Of a DNA stretch of 64,000 bases, positions 12,781 through 30,489 are shown one piece after another. The notes beneath the pieces were generated by a model that was not told the DNA's origin, ran no database searches, and saw nothing but the letters and a program-made list of their open reading frames with translations. Position 1 is the first letter of the stretch. Every line of letters begins with the position of its first letter. Both the position numbers and the translations under genes were made by a program. The stretch is taken from the NCBI GenBank assembly GCA_951406725.2, contig OX597836.1:14694001-14758000 (forward strand), given 5' to 3'. This stretch comes from Octopus vulgaris (Eukaryota).

Positions 12781-13265
12781 AAAGATGGGCTTCTTGATAT
12801 AAAAGATGGGCTACAACAAATATTCTGCTCAATACCACAGATTTGCTTGTCAGTTGTTTGGCCTTAACCAGTTGAGCATGTCCCTTTGTGGCTGACGATA
12901 TGTACATCTCTGATCACGAGCAGAAGTAGTGGGGGAGCATTATAGCCATATGTTGAAAGGAATTCTTGGAGGCTTGGATAATTCACCTCTGGAAACATGG
13001 GTGGTTCGTTCAATATCCTTATACAACCCTTATTCAGGGACCTTTTGAGCGGGATGGGCTACTCGACCAGAAGAAAATTCTAACTGGGTCCCACCTGCAA
13101 GGTCATGTGCTGTTTATCTTGATATTAGATTACCATGTCGCGCACACATGGATGTGATGCATGTGCCTAGTGTACCCTTATCAGACGGGTAGTCATGATG
13201 GGTATATTGGGCTTCGTACATTTTACCCCAGTATCACTTTGATGGCATGCACTGCTCTCTCACTC

Positions 13266-13266
<1 letters not shown>
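12780..13266 (+). mobile_element. Unclassified ~465-bp dispersed element G embedded in (GAT)n/(AAT)n
   Basis: Aligns end to end with the reverse complement of 20176-20642. No tRNA head, TIR or convincing ORF. Strand assignment is arbitrary. Confidence 0.88.
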
Positions 13267-13321
<55 letters not shown>

Positions 13322-13359
13322 TGATGATGATAAAAATAAGAATAATAATAACAATAATA

Positions 13360-13391
<32 letters not shown>

Positions 13392-13599
13392 AATGATTAC
13401 TTTCATTTGCCACAAGGGCAAAGGATGAGGGGGAAAAATAAAGACATAAAGTGTGAGGGTTTACATATAATGAAATCATAAAAATAAAAAAAAAATTAAA
13501 TATATCCGGTATATACTGAAAGAGAAAAGATATATGCATAGCATAGAAAGGTAAATAAATAAATAAATAAAATTAAAAAAAGTAAAAAATAATAGTGCA

Positions 13600-13692
13600 T
13601 GAGTGACTCTGTGGTAAGTAGCTTGCTTACGAACCACATGGTTCCGGATTCATTTCCGCTGCGTGACCCCTTGGGCAAGTGTCTTCTACAAT
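13600..13692 (+). mobile_element. SINE family C head fragment
   Basis: gagtgactctgtggtaagtagcttgcttacgaaccacatggttccgg...cttgggcaagtgtcttcta. Confidence 0.8.
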
Positions 13693-13869
13693 ACACTCTG
13701 TATAGGCATGATGGTTGATAGAGAACCTCTAACAATTACCAGTCGGAACTTATCAATATTGCTGGATCATGTTACTAATGTGAAATATAAATATATTGAG
13801 TTCTAATTACTGGTAATGAGCACTACTATGGTGATCATAGTATGCATGCGAACATAAAATACCTATCAA

Positions 13870-13944
<75 letters not shown>

Positions 13945-14145
13945 GTAAATGTAATATGTGACAATTATTTGGTAGTGATGATAAAACTTCCGGGTTTCGG
14001 ATGCCGAGGTGGAAATCCAAGCCGCCATCTCTTCATTTATCCGGCCATCGGAAAAATGCCGTTTTGTATTTATAATTGTGTAACATGTTCTCCATTTGTT
14101 TGTGTTTGTTGTTGTACACATTCGCTTGCTTTCTCCCCCAAAATT

Positions 14146-14360
14146 TAATGCTCTTAGCTTAGATTTTAGTGGGCAGCCATATTTGAACAGCCTCAGGTGT
14201 AACTGACCGAAACAGTAAGGATAACTTGGTAACTTGACTGACGAAAGGAACTTGCGAATGACCCGTCCTTGTTTTTCCTGTCCGTCCTCGCATCATCTAT
14301 CTGTCCGGATGTTTTATTGTCGCCTGTTGCGTTCTTGTTCCATTTTTTGTATACATACAT
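14146..14360 (+). repeat. Unclassified dispersed repeat E (possible PLE terminal-repeat relic)
   Basis: Shares AATGCTCTTAGCTTAG, CTTGACTGAnGA..CGAATGACCC and TTGCGTTCTTGTTCCATTTT with 47287-47470. Both copies end in (TA)n. Confidence 0.7.
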
Positions 14361-14366
14361 ACTTAC

Positions 14367-14419
<53 letters not shown>

Positions 14420-14425
<6 letters not shown>

Positions 14426-14695
14426 TGAGGATAAAATCTTTATAAGAAATTATCAGTAGTTAGCGTGAAAAACCTCGTAAGAGAAAATATCCGTAAATTT
14501 TTCCACTTTGAAAATATTTATTTATATTATATTGAGGGTACTACTATTCGTATATACCAGACGCTAAGAGGGACCAATGCGGTCAAAACTACTAAAATAA
14601 ACAAAATTTTACCGAATGCAAAACTTCAAAGCAAATCATTTAAAAAAAGAATTTAGTTACATATCACCTGTGATATGTACCCTCAATATAATATA
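14420..14695. repeat. Unclassified (TA)n-flanked element H with terminal inverted duplication
   Basis: 19-bp IR at 14523-14541 / 14677-14695. The start and the GGGACCAAT(G/A)CGGT motif are shared with 58583-58930. Confidence 0.6.
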
Positions 14696-15166
14696 TATAT
14701 ATATATAATTACAGGACAAAAGGTTTACATCTAAGCTAGTAGAAATATAGAAGAGGTTTTTTGGCTGAAAGTGTACATTGGTCTGAAAACGAAATGCACC
14801 ACTTTTATTTCTTTTATTTTTACAAACTTATGAAGATATCATACCGTTTTCTACAATTTCGTCTTTTCAGAAAACAACAGAAAAGTGTAAAAGAAAGTGA
14901 ATGAATGCACAGGAGAAAATTCCATATCGATAAAACACGCTAAAAAAAAACTTAAATGTTTAATAGGTTTCATAGCAAAATTATATGCTCAAAATTAATC
15001 GTGTAATTCTTTTTAAAACCCAGATACATTTTCAACTGATCTTCAATATCAATTCTCTCACGTACGTACGTATGTATGCATACATGCATGTATGTATATA
15101 TTTACGTGTGAGTGTATGTATGTATGTGCGTATGTTTATGTATATATATATATATGTATGTGTGTG

Positions 15167-15268
<102 letters not shown>

Positions 15269-15479
15269 TATATATATATATGCATTTGTCCACGCATATA
15301 CAGACAATGTGTTTTATTATATTCTTGTTTATACTTCGCTGTTATTAAAAATCCCGCCGATGTCAACTGTTCCCTTTCATCCCCACCGGGGTCGATAAAA
15401 TAATACTTTCATCGATGCAATTGACTGACTCCTTTCCTGGGAAATTGTTGGCCCTCTACCTAAATTGGAAACAATCAGT

Positions 15480-16390
<911 letters not shown>

Positions 16391-16945
16391 ATTTATCTAC
16401 CTTTCTATCTATTCCTCTATCTATCTGTCTCTCTGTCTGTCTGTCCGTCTGTCACACTGTCCCTCTCTCTCTCTCTCTCTGTCTTTCTCCATTAAGCCCT
16501 CTCTTGTCCTTTAATTCATAATCTCCCCCCCCTTCTCCTCCAACCGGTTTCACATCTTTCTTAGTGGTTACGCTGTAATGATGGTGCGTTTTTTGTTTTG
16601 TTTTTTTTTTCTTAAGCTTTGTTGTTGCTGTTGTGTTGGTGGTGGTGGTGATGGTGGTGGTTGTCGTCGTCGTCCTGGCCGCCGTTACTGTTGTTGATAT
16701 TGTTGTTGTTGTCGTCGTCGCCGCCGTCGAGCTCTTCATCGATATTGTAGCTGCTGTTTCTATGGTTTCAATTTCGTTTCTTATTTTATTGAAGTTTTGC
16801 TATTGCAGCAATTTTGTTGCTGCCGTTGATGTTGTTGTTGCTGTTGCTGTTGTTGTTGTTTTTGTTGTTGTTGTTGTTGCTTTTGTTCGTCGTCGTTATC
16901 AACTTCGTCATCGCCTTTATTGTCGTCGTCACTCACAACGTTGAC

Positions 16946-17020
<75 letters not shown>

Positions 17021-17223
17021 GTCATCATCGTAGTCATCATCATCATCGTCATCATCATCGTTATCATCATCATCATCGTCATCATCATCATCATCGTCAT
17101 CATCATCATCATAGTCATCATCATCATCATCGTCATCATCGTCATCATCGTCATCATAATCATTGTTGTTGTCGTCGTCGTCGTCAGCGTCATTATCATC
17201 ATCATCATCATCATGACCATCAT

Positions 17224-17262
<39 letters not shown>

Positions 17263-17990
17263 AGTCATGGTCGTCGCCAGTCTTCAACTGTATACAAACG
17301 CATAAACACACACACACACACACACTTTCTCGATGACGTATTCAACATGCCCCGTGTACATCATGCACATGCATCCACCCATAATAACACACACACAAAC
17401 ACACACACACATACAAACATACCTACACATACACATATAGTCGCATGCAAACAAACACACATACACCCACGCTCAAACACAAGCACACACCAACACACAA
17501 GTACAGCTACAATAATTAAACAATTTCGATGTGGCCCGTGTTTTAATTTCTTTATTTGTCTTTATGTTTGTTGTAATTGTTGTTGTTGTTGTTGTTTTTG
17601 TTACTGTTGTTGTTGTTGTTTGTTGTTTGTTGTTTGTTGTGTGTTGTATTTATTTAGCACGGAAAAACATGTTCATGAAATGGCGGCTATGTGAACTCAT
17701 AAGAAGTCAGCGAAGCTTGACGTTTCGGCCTTTCGCTTAAATATTTTTAAAGAATCTCTTTTGAATCTGAACTGGGGGAGGTGTTGAGAAAAAAAAAAGA
17801 AAAAAAAAAGGAAAAAAAAAACATATTAAAAGAAAAGAGTGGAGGGAGGTAAGGCGGGGGGGGGATAGAGAGAGAGAGGAAGGTGTGGTGATTGAAAGAA
17901 AGGTGGGAAAGATGGCGGAATTGTGTTGGGTCAGAGAGAGAAAGAAGCGGGAAAAGAGTAGAAAAGAATATAGTTTGGTTTCTTTTTCTG

Positions 17991-18092
<102 letters not shown>

Positions 18093-18591
18093 CATCATCA
18101 TCATCATCATCATTATTATTATTATCATTATTTTGCGTGTATAGGAAAAGAGCAATGGAAAGATGTGAAAGAGACGGAGAGGAAGGAAGGGAAAAAAAAG
18201 AAAGGAGGAAAGCGAAGAAAGAAAGCAAACAAAGATGAAATGAAAGAAATAATAGAAGAAAGAGAAGGAAAAGTTAGAGAAAGAACGGTACAAAAAATAT
18301 ATCCAGAAAAATTGAAAGAAATAGATTGGAAGAATATTAAGAAACGAAGGGAAAGAAAGAAAGAAAGAAAGAAGGAAAGAAGGAAGGAAGGAAGGAAGAA
18401 AGAGCGAATGACTAAAAAAGCAAGAATTATAATAGAAAAAAGAACGAAAGAAAGAAAGAAAGATGAAAGAATGAAAGAAAGAGAGAGAGTGAGAAAGCGA
18501 AAGAAAGAAAGAAACGATGAAAGTAGAGAACGAACAAAGAAAAGAAAATGTAGACCAATGAACAAGCATCCAGCCGACCAACACGGCTTAA

Positions 18592-18995
<404 letters not shown>

Positions 18996-19586
18996 ACGCC
19001 AAAAAGGAGTATTGGCTATTTTCTTCTCTTCGCTTTATATTATATTATATTATATTATATTATATTATATTATACATTTTATCTTTTTTTTTTATTACAT
19101 TATATGATATTATATTATTATATTATTTTTTTTTTGTAGGTGTTTATTTATTTATTTTTTTTTTTTTTTGTGTGTTTCGTTGACAAGTTTTTATGAGATT
19201 TTGCTGGGAGATCTTCAATGAACCTGTGCAAAAAAATTGCAAACGAAAGAAAGTAAACAAAAATAAAGAAAAAAAAACGTAAAAAATAAATAAATTTGGT
19301 GATTAATTGGCTATCGCCACGGTGTGTCGAGAAATGTCCATCTAATGGACATTTCTCTCTCTCTCTCTCTCTCTCTCCCTCTCTCTCTCTCTCTCCTTCT
19401 GTCTCTGACTCTCTCTTTCCCTTTCTCTCTCTCCCCCTCTCAGTCTATCTTGGTTTCTTCATGAAAACAGTATCCCCACCAACGCCACCACCGCCACTGC
19501 CACCACCACTATCATCACCAGCACCACCACCACCACCATCACCACCACCACCACCATCACACCCAAGACTACAATTGTTACCTTCT

Positions 19587-19757
19587 CTTCTTGGTTCAGT
19601 CATTGGACTACGGCCATGCTGGGGCACCGCCACCTTGAATAGTTTCGGTCGAAAGCAATATGGTCCTTAAGCCACTGGTCGGTCATTCAGTTAACCGCTA
19701 AGTGCTGGAGACGTAAGCAAACGAACACCGGTTGTCAAGCGGCGGGGGAATAAAGAT

Positions 19758-19795
<38 letters not shown>

Positions 19796-19936
19796 GCACA
19801 GTTTCCGTCTGCAAACTTCACTCACAAGGCATTGGCCGGTTCACTGCTATCGTAGATGACCCTTACCATAGGTGCTGTGCAGTGGAACTGAACTTGAAAT
19901 CACTTGATTACAAAGCGAGCTTCTTGACCATGCCTC
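19587..19936 (-). mobile_element. SINE family C, diverged
   Basis: ttcagtcattggactacggccatgctgg...aaccgctaagt...gttgtcaagc...(CA)n...gtttccgtct...cactcacaaggcattgg. Confidence 0.75.
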
Positions 19937-20063
19937 CTCTGCTCTCATGTCAATTCCAATTTCTCTGACATATTTCTCGAACTCGGTCGTTAGTGCTCCG
20001 GGTGCCCCTATTATTACTGGGATGATACATTCTCCTCATAGCTCACATACTTGCAATATCGTC
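19937..20063 (-). pseudogene. Fragment of an R4/Dong-type non-LTR retrotransposon C-terminus
   Basis: Translates, with a frameshift, as DIASM*AMRR / IIPVIIGAPGALTTEFEKYVREIGIDMRAE. Compare IPVIIGALG at 30251-30277. The 5' end abuts (AAT)n. Confidence 0.65.
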
Positions 20064-20088
20064 ATTATTATTATTATTATTATTATCA

Positions 20089-20161
<73 letters not shown>

Positions 20162-20175
20162 CATCATTATCATTA

Positions 20176-20771
<596 letters not shown>

Positions 20772-20974
20772 GTTATTATTATTATTATTATTATTTTCTG
20801 TGTTTGTTTTCTTGAATTTTCTGCCTATTCTCTGCTTATTGTGGAGGAATATAATTTATTCCCTTCTTTCGTTGCCCGCAATGGCCGAGTGACTGAACCT
20901 TTGGTTGGTCGGTCGGTCGGTCGGTTGGTTAGCTAGCAGGCTGGTTATCTCACCGATCCATTGGATGGTTAATT

Positions 20975-21104
20975 TCTATTGCTGGAACTGACACAATGTG
21001 AAATGGAGTGACTTGCTCAAGAATAAAACTCACCTTCCAGTCCAAGAATCGGAACCAGCATCCTACGATCGTATGTGCAGCACGCTAACAACTGGATCAC
21101 GTGC
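20975..21104 (-). mobile_element. Old tRNA-derived SINE related to family A (CORE-like CTTGAGCAAGTCACT)
   Basis: Minus strand reads gatcgtaggatgctggttccgattc, versus the family A head gtcgtaggatcgcggtttcgattc. Confidence 0.55.
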
Positions 21105-21185
21105 TTAGTTGTTAGGATCTTTACAAGACCCTTTGTAATGGCACTGGAAAAGGATCATCTGTAGAGCAAAGAAACTGTCCAGACC

Positions 21186-21668
21186 CTTCTTCTTCTTCTT
21201 CTTCTTCTTCTTCTTCTTCTTCTTCTTCTTCTTCTTCTTCTTTTCTTCTTCTCCTTCTCCTCTTCCTCCTCCTCCTCCTCCTTCTTCTTCTCTTCTTATT
21301 CCTCCTCCCCTTCTCCTCTTCTTCCACCTCTTCCTCCTTCTACTCCTCCTTCTCCTTCATCTTTTTCTTCTTTTTCCTCTGCTTCTTCTTCTTCACCTTC
21401 ATCATTATTTTCTTCTTCTTCTTCTTCTTCTTCTTCTTCTTCTTCTTCTTCTTCCTCATCATCATTTTCTTCTTCTTCTTCTTTTCCTTCTCCATTCTTC
21501 TTCTTCCCCACTTTCATCTTCTCCTTCTGCTCCACCACCTCCTCCTTTTCTTTCTCCTCCTCCTCTTTCTCCTCCCCTCTTCTGCCTCCTCCTCCTCTTC
21601 CTCCTTTTTGTCATCTTCCACTTCCTCCTTTTCATCCTCCTCTTCATCCCCTCCTCCTTCTTCCTTTC
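21186..21668. repeat. Polypyrimidine (TTC/TCC)n tract
   Basis: Direct reading of the sequence. Confidence 0.9.
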
Positions 21669-21838
21669 CTAAAATAACCTCAGAAGAGCGTGAAGACGAA
21701 ACACCTGCTCAACGAACTCAGGTCACCACATTTGAATTTGTTTCCTATCAACGTAACTAGGGTTTTCGATACGTATTCGCTCTTCCTTCCTTGTAGTTAA
21801 TCACGAGGTTTTTGTTAGCCTTCATCGAGTGGCGCGAT

Positions 21839-22360
21839 AGGACTCTTTCGGAAATATTTCCCTTCATCAGTTGTCCCTTTTTCATCTACTCCGCGTTACG
21901 AAAGCAAAGACTCTCGTCCTCCTAGCGTTCATAATAATTTTTCTATCGTCTTGGCTTAACAGCCCTCACCGTTTGTTTTTACTGTTTTGTTCTCACTGTC
22001 CTGTTCTTGTTACCACTTTCACCTTCCTCAAAAATTCCCAAATTTTATTTAATTTGCGTTGCGGGAAGGTGTGTTTCAACGAAGTCGCGTTTTGTCCTTG
22101 CCTTCGGGAAAGCGGAGTAGATGCAACAGGGACAACTGAAGAAGGGGAATATTCTTTATGTTACATGTCTCGTTTCTTTGTTTGTTTTTTCGTTGTTCGA
22201 AAAAAAGTTCGTCTCTATGTGTTTGTTTTTATGTTTTCCTTTCTAATTGTGTTCAAGGTTTTTTTGATGTCCTGTACCCATATATGCATGTGTATATACA
22301 TATATGTAGGTATGTACATATAAGTATGTATATATATGCATATATTTATATATTATTTAT
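21839..22360 (+). mobile_element. Dispersed repeat D, probable Penelope-like terminal-repeat relic with an internal inversion and decayed hammerhead-like motifs
   Basis: 21923-22360 aligns with 43332-43800. IR arms at 21850-21911 and 22094-22156 carry CTGAnGAAGGG. Confidence 0.65.
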
Positions 22361-22502
22361 TTATATATATGTAAAACCCACAGGCGTATATTTCGAACGC
22401 AGCCAGATTTTACAGGAATATCACTTCCGGGTACAGTATAAGAAGTTACTATATATCATTGTGCGTTTTTTTTACCGGAAGTCCACTATGAACATAGTTT
22501 AT

Positions 22503-22670
22503 TCTTTTACTTGTTTCAGTCATTTGACTGCGGCCATGCTGGAGTACCATCTTTAGTCGAACAAATCGGCCCTGTGTATGTATGTATGTATGTATGTATG
22601 TATGTATGTATGTATGTATGTATGTAGTATTATGTGTGTATGTATATGTATATAAATATATATACATACA

Positions 22671-22729
<59 letters not shown>

Positions 22730-22731
22730 GA

Positions 22732-22762
<31 letters not shown>

Positions 22763-22926
22763 CGACGGGCTTCTTTCAGTTTCCGTCTACCAAATCCACT
22801 CACAAGGATTTGGTCGGCCTGAGGCTATAGTAGAAGACATTTGCCAAAGGTGCCACGCAGTGGGACTGAACCTGAAACCATGTAGTTGGGAAGCAAGCTT
22901 CTTACCACGCAGCCACGCCTGCGCCT
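22503..22926 (-). mobile_element. SINE family C with part of the body replaced by (TATG)n/(TA)n
   Basis: Tail at 22503-22572 and head half at 22760-22926. Confidence 0.85.
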
Positions 22927-23159
22927 GTACATGTATTTCTTTAAAATATACCGGTTGGCGCATCAAGCAAACCCCTTCATCTCACGTTGCTTTGCGATCC
23001 CTTCGACGCCTGACGTGTCCAAGCAACGTCGGTTTGATGGAGAGGGGGAGCTATTGTTCAGCACAAACATTTGATCACTATCATGCAAATCGTTTGTGCT
23101 GGTTGCTCAGTAAGGACTTCCAGAAGGTTCTTTGACGGACTACGAGAGACTGCCAAATG

Positions 23160-23572
23160 CCTCCTGGTTTAGTCCCACTTCGTGGAATCCTGAGTAAGTG
23201 TCCTCTATTATAGCTTCCGGCCAACCAAAGCCTTGTGAGTGGGTTTGGTAGACGGAAACTGAAAGAAGCCCATCGTTTATATAAGTACAGTATATGTAAA
23301 TATTTGTGTGTTTCGTTGTGTCTGTTTGTTCCCTACTTACCCTTTACAACCGGTCCTGGTTTGTTTTTGTCCTCATGACCAAGCAGTTCAGCAAGTGAAA
23401 CAGACAGACAGACAGACCTTTTGCGGTCAATAATGGTAATAGAATAAGTGACAGAATAAGTACCAGAGTTTAATCAAAAAATTCTGTGGCCGAATACTTC
23501 GAATAAACTATTCGAGGTAGTGCTCCAGCTGGCCGCAGTCCAATGACTGAAACAAGTAAAAGATAAAAGATA
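23160..23572 (+). mobile_element. SINE family C, diverged
   Basis: ccaaagccttgtgagtgggtttggtagacggaaactgaaagaagccc...aatgactgaaacaagtaaaaga. Confidence 0.8.
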
Positions 23573-23894
23573 CAAGACAGAATTAAAAAGAAAAAAAAAC
23601 AGGAAATCTCTCTATATATTATATTATTTTATTTTACTGGCTAAGTCTACCAAAACAGGTCGTGTCCACGCCCTTTGCAGAACTTTCCCAAAAAAATAAA
23701 ACTAAAAAATAAAATGACATGTTTTGAAATAAAATATTTTCTTTATTGTGTGAAGAAGGTGAAATGACAGGTAAGGTATTAAAAAGTTCTAGATTTTGTG
23801 TTTTATCGTCTTTTGGATTAGGTTCCTCAAGTTATGGTCAGCCATTACTCGAAGAAGTGAATTACACCTGTCTTTATATAACATCTGTATGTTT

Positions 23895-26150
<2,256 letters not shown>

Positions 26151-26410
26151 AGTAACATCAACTTAAATTGGCAAAAATGTGTATTTCGACGCTCTAACCC
26201 TCATCGTCTACAATTCTATCGGTTTCTTTCGGTTAATGCACAGACGCACCAATTGTGCTTGCTTGGATACAAAGATGGCACTAATAAATGCAGGTCAGTA
26301 GTCCAACGATGTGTAAATAGTTTGCACAATAGCTAAGATGGTCCAGCCCAAAAGCAAAGGCAAGCCAAAAAGAAAAGTACTAGAAAGATCGGCAACAACA
26401 TAAAAACAAA

Positions 26411-26462
<52 letters not shown>

Positions 26463-26743
26463 AAGGCACCATAGTACAAAAGAAGAAAAATGAGTAAAGC
26501 AAATACGTATTGAAAATCGCTGGTATCAAATCAAAAAGTCAGTTGAAAAGAGCTGAAAGGAAATAAATGGAGGTATATTGTACAATTTGCCGGCGTTGGG
26601 CTTTTGGGGCAAAAATGGCGGCATAAAAATACAAGATGGCCTGGCGTCGTTGGGCAAGACGACAGCGTTGTGCAAGAGAAAGTCTCTTGTTGTTGTCGCC
26701 ATTGCTGTTGTTCTTGTCTTAAACTCCGTGCACTTGTCGATTC

Positions 26744-26884
<141 letters not shown>

Positions 26885-26928
26885 CATTATTATTATCATC
26901 ATCATTTATTATCATCATCATCATAAAT

Positions 26929-27838
<910 letters not shown>

Positions 27839-27958
27839 GTGATTCATATTCGTCTCCACTATTTGTCACCCTTTATGGGTGTAAAAGAAATAACGATAAT
27901 AAAAATAACAACAATAATAACTTGCATCGATCTTCTTTTCTTCTTCTTCTTCTTCTTC

Positions 27959-28025
<67 letters not shown>

Positions 28026-28290
28026 CATTTATCATTATTATTATTATCATTATTATTAGTAGTAGTAGTAGTAGTAGGAGTAGTAATAGTAGTGGTGGTG
28101 GTGGTGGTGGTGGTGGTAGTGGTCGTCGTCGTCGTCGTCATCGTGAAAGCAGCAATATAGTTGTTGTTGTTGTTGTTTTTATCGTCATTGTTATTATTGT
28201 TAATGTGAAACTTACTTTTAAACACAAGCGGCCAAGAAATTATTACAACATATAAATTGGTTATCGATATGATCAATAACAATAACAGTA

Positions 28291-28363
<73 letters not shown>

Positions 28364-28896
28364 CGAAAATAGCAAAAATGAGAAATAAACTATTCCCCAT
28401 CTATCTATCCTCACGGAAATCAAATAATAAATGAATAAAAATAAAATCAAAACAAACACAGAAATAAGTAAAAATAACAGTAAAATAAAAAATAAAAAAA
28501 ACACACACACGCTGTAAAAAAAAAGAAAAGAAATATAAAAATAATGTAAATAAGAACTGGAAAGAATCTCGTCAGAAAGAAACAATCTCTGTTCTTCACC
28601 TGACCGCCAGCCCAACCCCAACCCCTCCCCCCGACTTTCATAGCGTCGTCGCTGCCAACTTTTTCATGGTGACAACAACAACAACATTAGCAACTATAGT
28701 TGCACGTTCATAACTGAGACCTGGTGGTGGGGGGAGTGGTGGGGGGAGTGGGAGTAAAATGGGAGTAAACAGCAGGAGGATGAAGGGAGAAGAAGGAGAA
28801 AAAGAAGGAAGGAAGGAAGAGAATACATATATATATATATATATGCATATATATATATATATATATATATATACACGACCATGTATATACATATAC

Positions 28897-28949
<53 letters not shown>

Positions 28950-28974
28950 CATGTATATACATATATATATATAC

Positions 28975-29006
<32 letters not shown>

Positions 29007-29106
29007 GTATGTATATATACATATATACATATATATACACATATATTCATATATATATGTATATATTTATATATATACATATATACATATGTATATATAT
29101 ATATAC

Positions 29107-29216
<110 letters not shown>

Positions 29217-29585
29217 CATATACACTTAAGTATGTATGTGTGTATGTATGTATGTACGTATGTATCTATGTATGTATGTAGGTAGGTAGGTAGTAAGGTT
29301 TATATGTATTATATGGGTGCCGGGGTGTGGAAAAAGAGACGTCGGGAAATAGAAGGAAAATAAATATTGAAATATTGCTGTTTTATATAATAATGAAAAA
29401 AGAGGACCGTAGCAGAGGTGCCAGAATTATTATCACTTTTGTTATTGTTATTGTTAGTAGTAGTAGTAGTGGTGGTGGTGGTGGTGGTGGTGGTGGTGGT
29501 GGTGGTGGTGTGGTGTCGTGTCGTGTTGTAAGAAGAAAAATAGATAAATAATTATTAAATGATGTTGATGATGATGATGATGATG

Positions 29586-29644
<59 letters not shown>

Positions 29645-29645
<1 letters not shown>

Positions 29646-29858
29646 GTCTCAAATTTTGGCACAAGGCCAGAAATTTGGGGACGAATGATAAGACGATTCC
29701 ATCGATTCCAGTGCTCAACTGGTACTTCTTTTATCGACCCCGAAAAGATGGAAAGCAAAGTCCATTCCGGCGAGGTTTGAACCCAGAACGTAAAGACGGA
29801 CGAAATGCCGCTAAGCATTTTGCCTAGCGTGCTAACCGTTCTACCAGCTTTCCGCCTT
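29645..29858 (-). mobile_element. SINE family B, short-tail variant, within (AAT)n
   Basis: Runs from aaattttggcacaaggccagaaattt to ccagctttccgcc. Confidence 0.85.
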
Positions 29859-29873
29859 AATAATAATAACTCG

Positions 29874-29958
<85 letters not shown>

Positions 29959-29962
29959 TAAT

Positions 29963-30400
29963 ACATTACAACACTAACACTGACAATAAATGGCATAAGC
30001 ATATACGAAACAAGGTACAAAGCAATGACTATGCCACAATCATCGGGAATATGCAGGTTCGAATCGACAAAGAAATAAAGCTAATCCCCCGGACATAGTA
30101 ATCGAGGATTGGGGTAAAAACACTTGCTTACTGATAGACATTACAGTCCCTTCTGATCAAAATATTGTCAAAAAAGAAATGGAGAAATTGTCAAAGTACA
30201 AGGACCTCGAAATTGAAGTAATCAAGATGTGGGGAATGAAGGTAAAAACAATACCAGTAATAATTGGAGCATTGGGCATGATAAAAAAAACGTATGGACA
30301 AAAACGTAGAAGCTATACCTGGATCCTAAACACTACACACTGTCCAAAAAGTAGCCCTGCTAGGATCAACCCACATCCTACACAAGACACTATCCATCCA
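29963..30400 (+). pseudogene. R4/Dong-type non-LTR retrotransposon: restriction-like endonuclease C-terminal fragment, frameshifted
   Basis: KWHKH..IIGNMQVRIDKEIK / PDIVIEDWGKNTCLLIDITVPSDQNIVKKEMEKLSKYKDLEIEVIKMWGMKVKTIPVIIGALG / QKVALLGSTHIL contains the PD..D..K motif. The 5' end is fused to (AAT)n. Confidence 0.85.
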
Positions 30401-30489
30401 ATAATACAACCAAACTACAAAACAACCCACAAATACAAGATACACTCTATGCAACATTTACCAATGAAATAAACTTCCACCAGCAACCT

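Noticed and set aside
17712-17740. Hammerhead 3' half on the minus strand (GGCCGAAACGTC); a similar trace at about 99-151
   Set aside because: No valid 5' core (NUGANN'A) in the right position.
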